Part shown: positions 26,157-34,829 of the stretch, one piece after another
Layout of the letters: each line of letters begins with the position of its first letter
Numbering within the stretch: the stretch's first letter is position 1
DNA from: a virus
Strand: one strand, 5' to 3'
Length of the DNA: 64,000 nt
Virus record (IMG/VR): IMGVR_UViG_3300045988_174937
Notes under the pieces: generated by a model
What the model was told of the DNA's origin: nothing
Databases searched by the model: none
The model's input: only the letters and a program-made list of their open reading frames with translations
Made by a program: the position numbers and the translations under genes

Positions 26157-27926
26157 ATGCTCGGCATAAAAGAAAGACTCGAAATGGTGGACCGCGCTCA
26201 GCAGACATTAGCAGTACGCAAGTCGTTACTGCTGGAAAGTGCTATGCGCAGCGATAATCCGTCCGACATAATCAAAGCCGCCCAAATATTCAACCAGCAA
26301 TCTAAGCCTGGAAATTCGGCTCCGCGGGCGTACTTGATTGACCCCCTGGAGTTCAACTCATTTTTGGGATATAAGGATAAGCCGTTTTCGCTTTCGTACG
26401 AAACGTTGCGCCGGATGAGCCGTACCCCCATCATCAACTCGATTATCAAGACCCGTAAGAACCAGATAGCCGACTTCGCTGAACCGCAGGCCGACCGCTA
26501 TTCGACGGGTTTTGTTATTCGGCGTAAACCCAAGTTCGGCCAGGAGCAGAAGATGGACACGCAGGACCGCAAAATTGCGTCTTCCATCACCGACTTCATC
26601 CTCAACTGTGGTGATACCGCTACATGGGGCGGCGACGAGTTTGACGAGTTCATCCGTAAGATTGTGGACGACTCGCTGACGTTCGACCAGATGACGTTTG
26701 AGTGTATTCGTAACCGCCGCGGCAAACTGGTCCGCTTCCAGGCGGTTGATGCCGCTACGTTCCGTCTGGCGGAATCGTATTTCGACGGCGAGTACAACAA
26801 CCCCTACTTTGAGGGAGCGATGATGGACGACCGCCAGAACTGGGGACCCAAGGTCGATGGCTATTATCCGGCCTACGTCCAGGTGTACCAAACGGCCAAG
26901 GTAGCGCAGTTCTACCCCTGGGAGTTGTGCTTCGGCATCCGCAACCCAACCACGTCGATTTACGCCAATGGGTACGGAAACTCGGAGTTGGAAGAATTAA
27001 TCAACGTCGTAACATCGATGCTTTGGGGCGACGAGTACAACCGCCGCTTCTTCTCGCAGGGTTCGGCCCCGAAAGGTCTTCTGCGTATCAAAGGTAACGT
27101 GAACGAGGCTTCGTTACAGCAGTTCAAGCAGCAGTGGCAAGCCATGATATCGGGCGTTATGCAGTCGTGGAAGACGCCCGTCGTTGAGGGTGATATCGAC
27201 TGGGTTGACCTCCAGAAGAACAACCGCGATATGGAGTACAACTCGTGGATGGAATACCTGATTAAAATCGCCTGTGCGGTGTTCTGTATCGACCCTACAG
27301 AAATCGGCTGGGATATTTCGCGTTCCAACGGAAGCGGCCTAACGTTCGGCGACGGCCAAAAGCAGCGCATGGAGCAGTCGAAGGACAAGGGCCTTTACCC
27401 GATGCTGAAATTCATCCAGCGTAAGGTTAACAAGTTCATCGTCGAGCAAATCAACCCCGACTTCGAATTCGTATTCATGGGCCTCAACGGAATGACCATT
27501 TCTGAGGAGCTGGATATGGACATCAAACGCCTCCAGGCTTTCCAGACCGTGGATGAAATTCGCGAGAAATGGGACCTCCCGGCTATCGGCGAAGAAAAGG
27601 GCGGCGATACTATCGAAAACTCCGTTATTCAGCAAGCCATCAGCGCCAAACAGCAACAACAGCAACAGGCCGCGATGGGCGGTATGGGCATGGGCGGAGG
27701 CAATCCGTTCGAAGAGGCCGCGGGTATGGGTATGGAGGGCGGAGGCCCCGCTGACCAGCCTGTGGCCGGAGGCGACGGCGAAGAAGACGCCGCCGCTCAG
27801 CCGGGAAACCCGTTCGACCTTTACGCCGAGGGTGACCAAGAAGAAACCATGAAGGCACGCGAGTCTAACCCCCTCGTGGCTGCATTCGACGAATACTTAC
27901 AAAAAGCAATACACCATGACGAGTAA
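26157..27926 (+). CDS. portal protein
   Basis: ~590 aa. Track start TTG 26145 trimmed to ATG 26157. The core is portal-like in size and sequence character. The C-terminal tail is poly-Q plus Gly/Met-rich and acidic. Confidence 0.6.
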   Translation: MLGIKERLEMVDRAQQTLAVRKSLLLESAMRSDNPSDIIKAAQIFNQQSKPGNSAPRAYLIDPLEFNSFLGYKDKPFSLSYETLRRMSRTPIINSIIKTRKNQIADFAEPQADRYSTGFVIRRKPKFGQEQKMDTQDRKIASSITDFILNCGDTATWGGDEFDEFIRKIVDDSLTFDQMTFECIRNRRGKLVRFQAVDAATFRLAESYFDGEYNNPYFEGAMMDDRQNWGPKVDGYYPAYVQVYQTAKVAQFYPWELCFGIRNPTTSIYANGYGNSELEELINVVTSMLWGDEYNRRFFSQGSAPKGLLRIKGNVNEASLQQFKQQWQAMISGVMQSWKTPVVEGDIDWVDLQKNNRDMEYNSWMEYLIKIACAVFCIDPTEIGWDISRSNGSGLTFGDGQKQRMEQSKDKGLYPMLKFIQRKVNKFIVEQINPDFEFVFMGLNGMTISEELDMDIKRLQAFQTVDEIREKWDLPAIGEEKGGDTIENSVIQQAISAKQQQQQQAAMGGMGMGGGNPFEEAAGMGMEGGGPADQPVAGGDGEEDAAAQPGNPFDLYAEGDQEETMKARESNPLVAAFDEYLQKAIHHDE

Positions 27927-28173
27927 CGAGAAAAACACCGCGCCTATTGTCCAGTTGCTGGCTGACGCTATGCCGAAACCGATTGTTGACGCCTCGGGTG
28001 GCGACGTTATCTACCGCGGCTACGCGCCTATCGGTACGGGTCAAGGCGAGGCCGGGTGGCGCATCGAACGGGAAACCACCGCCGACGGTATCACCATCAC
28101 CGAGTATCCCCAGGGGGATATGAGTTACAATTTCGTGTGGGACGACCGCAAGACCTACGTATATTCACGCTAA
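27916..28173 (+). CDS. hypothetical small protein
   Basis: 85 aa, ATG start, directly downstream of the portal. Confidence 0.45.
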   Translation: MTSNEKNTAPIVQLLADAMPKPIVDASGGDVIYRGYAPIGTGQGEAGWRIERETTADGITITEYPQGDMSYNFVWDDRKTYVYSR

Positions 28174-28184
28174 CAAAGTTCAAA

Positions 28185-29822
28185 ATGGCAACTATTGACG
28201 TCGGAACTGTAGCAGGTATTTCCATCGGCACGACGCCTCCGTCGAACCCGGCGATTATCTGGTACGATACTACCGACAAACTCCACAAAAGTTACGATGC
28301 CTCGCTCGGGCAGTGGGTTCCGATGTCGCAGGCAATTGTGACCCAGATAAACGACTTCAACGACCTTATCAATAAGGCCAATCTCCCCGGCGGTTTACCT
28401 ATCGCGGCGTTCTACAACGTCCTGAAGCGTGACTCCGACCCGTTCTGGAGCACCATGGTGTGGGTAGTAGGCCAAACACGTATTCAGTACGTCGATAAGC
28501 AAAACAACATCATCGTCGAAGACCTCGCGGGTCAGGGTACGACCACGCAATACGTTGCTTCGACGAACTATTTCTTCGATAATATCGTGGCGACTTTCGA
28601 CCAGAAGACGTCACAACTCAATTTCGATTTTCAACAGTTGGCTGATAACCCGGCATTGGCCGACGTGTTGTACGGTATGCGGGTTGTTAATGATAACCCC
28701 ACGCTGGTTAAGCGCACTGTGAAGTCGTTACTTTCGACGTCACCCAAGAACTCGTTAGGATTCGTAAACGGTTTGTTCTTTGACTTTGGCGCGGCGATGA
28801 GCGGCATTATCGTTTCCGAGCAAGCCAACGATACCCAGGTAGTCGGGTACAAGCAGTACACGGCCGATTATGCCGCGATGGATAAAACATTCCAGGAGGT
28901 TCAGAGAATCATCAACGACTGGCAAAACGGCTCGCAACAGATGATCTTCAGCGCCCGGCTGATTGAGGTGAATCCTGTTACGGCTACTATTGCCGCACCG
29001 CAAGACCTTACTACGACCGACGATTTGAAAATGGCGCTCAACAAGATTCAAGGCTGGTACAACCGCTTGAAACTGGCTACCGGAATGAGCCTGTCGTCGG
29101 CGTATAAAGCTGATCCCGCCACCAAGGGTGTTATGCCTGCTGGCGGCGATCCTGTTGAAAAAGCCATCGCGCTGCTTCACCAAGCCATTTTGGATGTCGA
29201 TTTTTCGCAGTACGGCGATTCCAGTAACATCAAGATAGGCGGTTCACAAGACGACTTCCCTGACATACCTTATATGTCTTTTATCGACGTTGAAGGTTCG
29301 GTTCGTCAAGCGTTTGAGGTAGTGTGGAGTGCGTTGGGTAATATCATTACGGGTGACGATACTGGCGAAATACTGAAGAAACTCGTTGTTTCGTCTTCCA
29401 TATTCGAGCGCAACGTGCTGAAAAGCCACTTGGCCAGAGGTATTGTTGGCGGCTTCGACGATTACAGCATTCTGTCTGGCGGCAGTACTTACAACGTCGA
29501 GTTGGGGAAGCGCTATTTTTACACTTTGAATGCGTCGGAAATTTCTTCATCGACTTGGACTCTTAATTTGGGTACGCTTACCAACCCGTCGGCGTTGGAG
29601 GCATACACACAAGAAAGTGTCGGCGGAACTATCGAAGTGCTCGTCTATTGTAATGTCGCTAACGGCCAGACTCTGCGTGTTGTTGACGGTAATGGCATTA
29701 AGGCGAATTACAATATGTCGCAAAAGGGGTATTATCTTCTCACGGCTTGGGCTACGCAGTTTATATCCCGAAGCAGTCTTGGTTTTGAGTGTTTCATCAC
29801 GCGGCCGGAATATTTAGGATAG
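28185..29822 (+). CDS. fibre-like / virion surface protein
   Basis: Track ORF 28056 trimmed to ATG 28185. The N-terminal PPSNPAIIWYDTTDKLHKSYDASLGQWVPM is a motif common at phage fibre N-termini. Confidence 0.45.
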   Translation: MATIDVGTVAGISIGTTPPSNPAIIWYDTTDKLHKSYDASLGQWVPMSQAIVTQINDFNDLINKANLPGGLPIAAFYNVLKRDSDPFWSTMVWVVGQTRIQYVDKQNNIIVEDLAGQGTTTQYVASTNYFFDNIVATFDQKTSQLNFDFQQLADNPALADVLYGMRVVNDNPTLVKRTVKSLLSTSPKNSLGFVNGLFFDFGAAMSGIIVSEQANDTQVVGYKQYTADYAAMDKTFQEVQRIINDWQNGSQQMIFSARLIEVNPVTATIAAPQDLTTTDDLKMALNKIQGWYNRLKLATGMSLSSAYKADPATKGVMPAGGDPVEKAIALLHQAILDVDFSQYGDSSNIKIGGSQDDFPDIPYMSFIDVEGSVRQAFEVVWSALGNIITGDDTGEILKKLVVSSSIFERNVLKSHLARGIVGGFDDYSILSGGSTYNVELGKRYFYTLNASEISSSTWTLNLGTLTNPSALEAYTQESVGGTIEVLVYCNVANGQTLRVVDGNGIKANYNMSQKGYYLLTAWATQFISRSSLGFECFITRPEYLG

Positions 29823-29823
29823 T

Positions 29824-30393
29824 ATGTGTAAGGTGGTCTATTTAACATCGCGGCGTTTTAACGCTGAAGCACGGCGCTTCATCCAAGCGCTGGCTGAAGA
29901 ATTACGTCGCCGACGTATCGAAGTGGTGGTTGGCAACGCTTACGATGTTTGGAACTACTTCAGACCCCATCGAACTTATGGTATCGCGTTGGCGATTGAC
30001 TTTTTCACCGACCGTAAGGACGGTTGCAGTTTAACACTAAACCAGGTTTGTCCGGCGTTGACGCGCGACTTCGCCTACAACCTTTCAAACCACTATGACC
30101 TCTTAACGCCTCAAATCCGTTGGCGGTCGTTCTCGTTTGTTGATTCGTACGATCCTCAGTGGTATCGTTTCTTCAATCGTGTAAGTGCCGAGGTGAAACT
30201 CATTATCTACCCGGCTACGCTTACCAACGAGGGAGACATGGATGCTTACAAAAGCGCTCAGCCCGATATTATAAAGGCGTTCGCTGACGAAATATTGAGG
30301 TGTCTTCGCTCTAATTACGATTCCCACGCGTATGCCCGTTCCGCTAAGGCCGCGCGCATACGTATTAACGAAAGAATGAAACGCAATGGCTGA
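29824..30393 (+). CDS. Amidase_3 (MurNAc-L-Ala amidase)-like protein, possibly catalytically degenerate
   Basis: Amidase_3-like topology: AEVKLIIYPATLTNEGDMDAY...IIKAFADEILRCL. However, IALAIDFFTD sits where the SIHxNA metal-binding motif is expected. Confidence 0.35.
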   Translation: MCKVVYLTSRRFNAEARRFIQALAEELRRRRIEVVVGNAYDVWNYFRPHRTYGIALAIDFFTDRKDGCSLTLNQVCPALTRDFAYNLSNHYDLLTPQIRWRSFSFVDSYDPQWYRFFNRVSAEVKLIIYPATLTNEGDMDAYKSAQPDIIKAFADEILRCLRSNYDSHAYARSAKAARIRINERMKRNG

Positions 30394-30886
30394 CGGACTT
30401 TTCATGACCACCATCTTCCCTGTAATTTCGCTTCTATTCGGGGCGGGCGGTATTGGCTACGCCATTGTGGCGCGTATGTTGGACCGTAAGAAATACGCCC
30501 AAGAGGTGCGGTGTAGCCAGGCCGACGCCGACCTGAAAGGCGAGGAGTTTTGGAAAGGGAGATATGATACCTTAATGACGGAACTCGACAAGAAGGAATC
30601 GTGGTGGAAGGAACGGTATGATAACCTGTACCAGGAGGTTCAAAACGAACGTAAGTTGTCTAACGAGATGATGACTAACTTTCGCAATGAACTCAACAAG
30701 ATTCGCGAGGAATACGAGGCGCAACGCCAGGCAGACCGTGATAAGTACAACCGCCTGATGGAAGAGTTCCGCGCTCAGGAGTATGCAGCTAACCAGGCGG
30801 CCGAAGATTACAAGAAGCGCATCAACGAACTCGAAGCGTCCATAGTGGCTTACGAGGATATGATTAAAAGCGGCAAAAGGTCATGA
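30386..30886 (+). CDS. membrane-anchored coiled-coil protein (i-spanin-like architecture)
   Basis: N-terminal TM helix IFPVISLLFGAGGIGYAIVARML, followed by ~130 aa of charged heptad-rich sequence. Confidence 0.4.
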   Translation: MADGLFMTTIFPVISLLFGAGGIGYAIVARMLDRKKYAQEVRCSQADADLKGEEFWKGRYDTLMTELDKKESWWKERYDNLYQEVQNERKLSNEMMTNFRNELNKIREEYEAQRQADRDKYNRLMEEFRAQEYAANQAAEDYKKRINELEASIVAYEDMIKSGKRS

Positions 30887-31440
30887 AGACGGCGGCATCC
30901 ATAATTATCGTTGTAGCGGCCCTAATTTTCGCGTTCTTTCTGGGGCGGAGCAGTTATACCCCTGAACCCCCTAAAGTCGTTGAAAAGTGGCTGACAAAGT
31001 ACGACACGGTCGAATACCGTGACACGGTTAAGATTCCCGTTCCGCAGGTTATCGTCCGTGATACCACGATATACCTGCCAGGCGAAATCGACACCGCTGC
31101 CTTGCTGGCCGACTACCTGGCCCGAAAGGAATATCCCCTCGACTTTTCCAACGACAGTATCGGCGAGTTCCGGGTCGATATCACCGTCCAGCGCAACGCC
31201 CTTACAGAGGCTGTATCACACGTCAAACCGCTCATCCGTGTTCATGAGGTTGAACGCACGATTATCGACAAGCAAATTCCCTTTATACAAGGTTATGCCC
31301 AAATAGGAACCTCCGTGGATTTTGGCACACAAAAGTTTTCCGCCGGAGCCGATTTCCGTCAACGGTTTTTGGTCGGCGCGTCAGCTATAAGAGTTAATGA
31401 CCAATGGGGGTACACATTAGATTTTGGCATAAAATTTTAA
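30883..31440 (+). CDS. signal-anchored beta-rich protein ending in an OMP-like C-terminal Phe
   Basis: N-terminal SIIIVVAALIFAFFL. The C-terminus is an alternating pattern, YTLDFGIKF. ATGA coupling to the previous gene. Confidence 0.4.
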   Translation: MKTAASIIIVVAALIFAFFLGRSSYTPEPPKVVEKWLTKYDTVEYRDTVKIPVPQVIVRDTTIYLPGEIDTAALLADYLARKEYPLDFSNDSIGEFRVDITVQRNALTEAVSHVKPLIRVHEVERTIIDKQIPFIQGYAQIGTSVDFGTQKFSAGADFRQRFLVGASAIRVNDQWGYTLDFGIKF

Positions 31441-31448
31441 CAATTCTC

Positions 31449-31495
31449 TTGGCAGTTTGGAGAAAATTTACTACCTTTGTATTGGAAATGAAACT
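31449..31495 (+). promoter_or_regulatory. promoter cassette P4 (diverged copy)
   Basis: TACCTTTG at 31472-31479 with TTGG 19 nt upstream. The downstream box TATTGGAAATGAAAC parallels P1. Confidence 0.55.
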
Positions 31496-31512
31496 TATAA
31501 ACCTATAAAGTC

Positions 31513-33588
31513 ATGAAAGAAATTATCAACTACGGCGAAGCACGTCGTCAACAAATTCTGAAAGGTTTTACCAACATCGAAGAGTGTATCGAGGAAGCGC
31601 CGATTGAAAAAGCGCGTCACGGTGTTTACGCCGATAACGCTCAGAACCGCCGTCTGCAGCGCGTGGGCCAGGAGTATGGTCACGCCGCTCAGGAAAAGCC
31701 TGAGGCAGGCCAGGAAGAGGGTGGTGTACCGGAGGGCAACGTAAGTCTCCAGAACCACGCTCGTCAGGCTTCAGAAGAGGCCCTCGTAAAGGTGGCCAAC
31801 GACCCGTCGGCCGACGCTGAGATGCGTAAGGTAGCCACGGCTGAGCTGGAGCGTCGTGGCGTAAACGTTCGCGCCAAGAACAAGAAAGGCGACCAGTCGC
31901 TCCGTAATGGTTTGGCTGACGGCGACGCCAAGTCGGCTTCGACGTTCGAAGCCATGGGCTTCCGTCAGATGGACGACGAGGACCTGGCTCAGTACGCCGG
32001 AGTTGAAGACGCCGCTCACGCTTTCATCAAGCAGGTTGGCGGTGACGAAGACGGCTTTGACCTGGTAGTTACCAAGACCAGCGAGGGTTACCGTGTGGAC
32101 AAATACCCCTATGCTGACGTGGACAATTTTGAGTCCGTGACGGTCAAGAAAATCGAGGATGTCGAGGGAGCCGCTTCTAAATTTGGTGACCCCGATGCTA
32201 AGGGTGGAAAGGCTGATGCCAAGTCGCTGGTCGACAGTTTCTACTCTGCCATGGAGGATGAGGGAGATTTCGACGCTAAGTCGTTCAAATCCTATGTGAA
32301 GGAAAAGGGCGGCAAAGTCGTTAAAGAACTGGCTGCGGCCATCGGTAACTTACCCAGCGAGACGATGTCGAGTGACCCCGATGATGAGGAAATCGCCGCT
32401 GAAATCGAATCGATGTTCAAAGAGGCGGGGATGCGCGTTCCTCGCGAAGTCAAGAAAGAACTTGATAAACTCCAAGGTTCCGCTGAGGGCGTTGTGGATA
32501 AATGGAACGCTTATCTCGAAGAAGAGGACGGTGGCGAAGATTTTGCCGATTCTCTCCAGTCGCTGGTTGATAAAAAGAGCGACGCCAAGGTAATCAAGGA
32601 ACTTGCCGAAGCGTTCCGCAATCTTCCGGCAGAGACGATGTCCAGCGACCCGGATGACGGTGAGATTGCCGACGAAATCGCCAACATGTTCGAAGAGGCT
32701 GGGGTTACACTTTCGAAGAAAGGTCAGGCCGCTCTTGACAAGATGCGCGATGATTCCGACTACGAAGAAAACGCCGACGACGCCGGGGAACTGGTACGCA
32801 GTTTCGACGATATGGCCGAAAACGATACCGATTTCGATTCCGCAGGATTCAAGTCGTTCGTCAAGAAGAAAGGCGACGCCGCCGCCATCAAAGCACTTGC
32901 CCGGTATATTCGGGAAAATCCCCTGGGTGGTAACATGGAAAGCGAACTCGATGACGACGAGATTGCTGAGGTTATCGAAAACATGTATGCCGAGGCTGGC
33001 GTAAAGGTATCTGAGGATGGTCACAAGGAACTCGACGCTTTGCGCGGTGGCCAGAAAGAAAGCGATACCAAGCAAGCCGAAAAGGCTGAGCGGGCCAAGA
33101 AAGCCGCTGCAGCCGATAAGACTTCTAAGGCAAAAGGCGCCAAACTGGACGCTACTCTGAAAACCGTTGAGTCGGTGGACAAGATGGTGAAAGATGTCTT
33201 CAACGAAGACAACTCGAAGAAATTCCTCAAGAATTTTCTGAAAGACCCTGAAGCACATGCCAAGGTCCTGTCCCAGCGCATAAAGTCGGGCGACAAGAAG
33301 ACTGCTGCTGACGCTCAGTATGTTGCTAACCGTATTGCCGGCATTATCATGGACCCCGTGTCTCGCAGTCGCGGCGAGGGCGTTGGTCAGGAAATCGGCA
33401 ATCATCCGGAGTTGAAGAAATTTATCGATGCAAACGATGAGGCTAACAACATCAAGTGGAATCAGTTCGGCATGGACAAAGAGGAATCTCGGAGGTTGTT
33501 CGACGAGAAGAGGAAGAAGATGGATGCCGCACGCAAGGGATTTGTAAGCAAGTTCCTTGAGATTTACGGCGGTAACAAAGAGGAGTAA
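31513..33588 (+). CDS. large acidic protein with shared leader, NRRLQRVG motif and three ~72-aa tandem repeats; putative capsid-internal protein
   Basis: 691 aa. Leader GEARRQQILKGF...IEKA. YADNAQNRRLQRVG at 31627-31668. Repeats at 32269-32481, 32542-32757 and 32833-33051. Confidence 0.5.
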   Translation: MKEIINYGEARRQQILKGFTNIEECIEEAPIEKARHGVYADNAQNRRLQRVGQEYGHAAQEKPEAGQEEGGVPEGNVSLQNHARQASEEALVKVANDPSADAEMRKVATAELERRGVNVRAKNKKGDQSLRNGLADGDAKSASTFEAMGFRQMDDEDLAQYAGVEDAAHAFIKQVGGDEDGFDLVVTKTSEGYRVDKYPYADVDNFESVTVKKIEDVEGAASKFGDPDAKGGKADAKSLVDSFYSAMEDEGDFDAKSFKSYVKEKGGKVVKELAAAIGNLPSETMSSDPDDEEIAAEIESMFKEAGMRVPREVKKELDKLQGSAEGVVDKWNAYLEEEDGGEDFADSLQSLVDKKSDAKVIKELAEAFRNLPAETMSSDPDDGEIADEIANMFEEAGVTLSKKGQAALDKMRDDSDYEENADDAGELVRSFDDMAENDTDFDSAGFKSFVKKKGDAAAIKALARYIRENPLGGNMESELDDDEIAEVIENMYAEAGVKVSEDGHKELDALRGGQKESDTKQAEKAERAKKAAAADKTSKAKGAKLDATLKTVESVDKMVKDVFNEDNSKKFLKNFLKDPEAHAKVLSQRIKSGDKKTAADAQYVANRIAGIIMDPVSRSRGEGVGQEIGNHPELKKFIDANDEANNIKWNQFGMDKEESRRLFDEKRKKMDAARKGFVSKFLEIYGGNKEE

Positions 33589-33806
33589 TGCCTTACAACG
33601 CCAAACATACGCATTTTCTTCCGTCACCGTTCCCCACCGTTACTCAGTACGAAGACCGATTTATACGGGAATGGAACGCTAATAACGCCGCAGCGCTTGG
33701 TGATGTACTAAAATACATCGCCGACGCTACGGCTGTGGCGGTTAAAGAATTAAAGGAAGATGGACCAAAGAAAAATAATTTGGGCCGTGTCGGCAGCGAA
33801 GGCTGA
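33588..33806 (+). CDS. hypothetical small protein ending in NNLGRVG motif
   Basis: 72 aa, TAATG overlap. Motif at 33774-33794. Confidence 0.45.
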   Translation: MPYNAKHTHFLPSPFPTVTQYEDRFIREWNANNAAALGDVLKYIADATAVAVKELKEDGPKKNNLGRVGSEG

Positions 33807-34272
33807 GAAGATTTGGCATATCGGCACAACAATCGCTGCTAACAGCGCGTTGAAGGAAACGCCGCCTTACCCTGTACGAGTCATCGTTCGCGTGAAGGAT
33901 GATAGGGGGAGGGTGAGGTATAACATCGGTACGCTATCACGCGTCAGTGATGGTAAGTGTGAGGTGAATTTGTTCCCCAATGGTGCGCCGATTACAGCGT
34001 CGTTAGGGGTTAACGAAGAGGTTCGCCTCTGGCCTGATATCGATTGGTTTTGGAAAAAGATGTTTGACGAAGAAGCCATCAAGATAAAAGACTTTTCTGA
34101 ACTCACCAAGTACCGAGCTGTTATCGTCAAGTTGGGGAACGCTGAAAACGGGTTTTGTTATAAGCCTGGAAAAGTTGTTGCAATTACCGATAAGAGCGTT
34201 GAAATCGACCTTAACAACGGTAGAATTGCCGTTAAACACGGCCACGAATCACGAGTAAGATTATGGGAGTAG
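33760..34272 (+). CDS. hypothetical protein
   Basis: 170 aa. Start uncertain: ATG 33760 or GTG 33787. Confidence 0.45.
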   Translation: MDQRKIIWAVSAAKAEKIWHIGTTIAANSALKETPPYPVRVIVRVKDDRGRVRYNIGTLSRVSDGKCEVNLFPNGAPITASLGVNEEVRLWPDIDWFWKKMFDEEAIKIKDFSELTKYRAVIVKLGNAENGFCYKPGKVVAITDKSVEIDLNNGRIAVKHGHESRVRLWE

Positions 34273-34829
34273 TAGATGAAGTGACGAGGGTATTTCACGA
34301 AGCTAATCGATACCGCCACGACCACTTGCGTAAAGCCATAGGTGCTTTTGAGGGAAGCCTCACCGACGGCGATGCGCTGGAGAAGGCCCGTTCGAAGACA
34401 GGGCGGTACGCCAACACGGCCAAGAATCGGAAATTAGGGCGCGTCGGAATGCCGTATGAAAAGAAATCACGCTTCCCCGCGCCTCATCAGCGTCGAGATT
34501 CCGAGCACCGTCAAGAAGGTACGTATATTCGTACACTTACGGTGGGTGATGGCGCTGAAGCAGTCGAAATAGCCGACGATGGCGTTGCTCGTAACGATTT
34601 TTACGATAATCAAGAAGTCGGTAAATACGCCAAGCGTCATTATGAAAAAGTGAAAAACGGCGACAAGGTTCGTTATGACGGCAAGGTGAAAACCGTTTAC
34701 GCAACCAAAGAATTGACTGAAAACGGCATTACAACGCAGTACGTTCAATTTGTAGGCAGACCGTCGTATAGCGGTGCGCCACGTGGTACAGGTAAGTGGG
34801 TTCCGCGAAAAGACGTCGAGAAACTATGA
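34263..34829 (+). CDS. protein with shared leader and NRKLGRVG motif
   Basis: 188 aa. ...DALEKARSKTGRYANTAKNRKLGRVG (motif at 34407-34448). Confidence 0.5.
   Translation: MGVVDEVTRVFHEANRYRHDHLRKAIGAFEGSLTDGDALEKARSKTGRYANTAKNRKLGRVGMPYEKKSRFPAPHQRRDSEHRQEGTYIRTLTVGDGAEAVEIADDGVARNDFYDNQEVGKYAKRHYEKVKNGDKVRYDGKVKTVYATKELTENGITTQYVQFVGRPSYSGAPRGTGKWVPRKDVEKL

Noticed and set aside
27553-27852. Alternative-frame ORFs (99 and 61 aa, + strand) and 27640-27858 (- strand) inside the portal 3' end
   Set aside because: They arise from the GC-rich, low-complexity poly-Q/Gly region. Their translations are Arg/Pro-rich junk, and the portal frame is continuous.
28056-28184. Upstream extensions proposed by the ORF track from non-ATG starts (also 2380-2511, 37379-37438, 38898-38933, 54897-54935, 26145-26156, 34796-34825)
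   Set aside because: Each extension overlaps the preceding gene or a terminator hairpin and begins at TTG/GTG. An in-frame ATG with ATGA/TAATG coupling or a clean intergenic gap lies just downstream.
32350-33627. 425-aa ORF on the - strand
   Set aside because: It is entirely antisense to the 691-aa acidic repeat protein. Its composition is Leu/Val/Phe-rich mirror sequence with no start context, promoter or motif. It is a shadow ORF of a GA-rich coding strand.
33760-33806. Programmed frameshift at the A-rich AAAGAAAAATAA between ORFs 33588 and 33760
   Set aside because: The downstream ORF has its own ATG (33760) and a GTG (33787). The upstream frame ends in a recognisable motif (NNLGRVG). 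An ordinary gene overlap is the simpler explanation.
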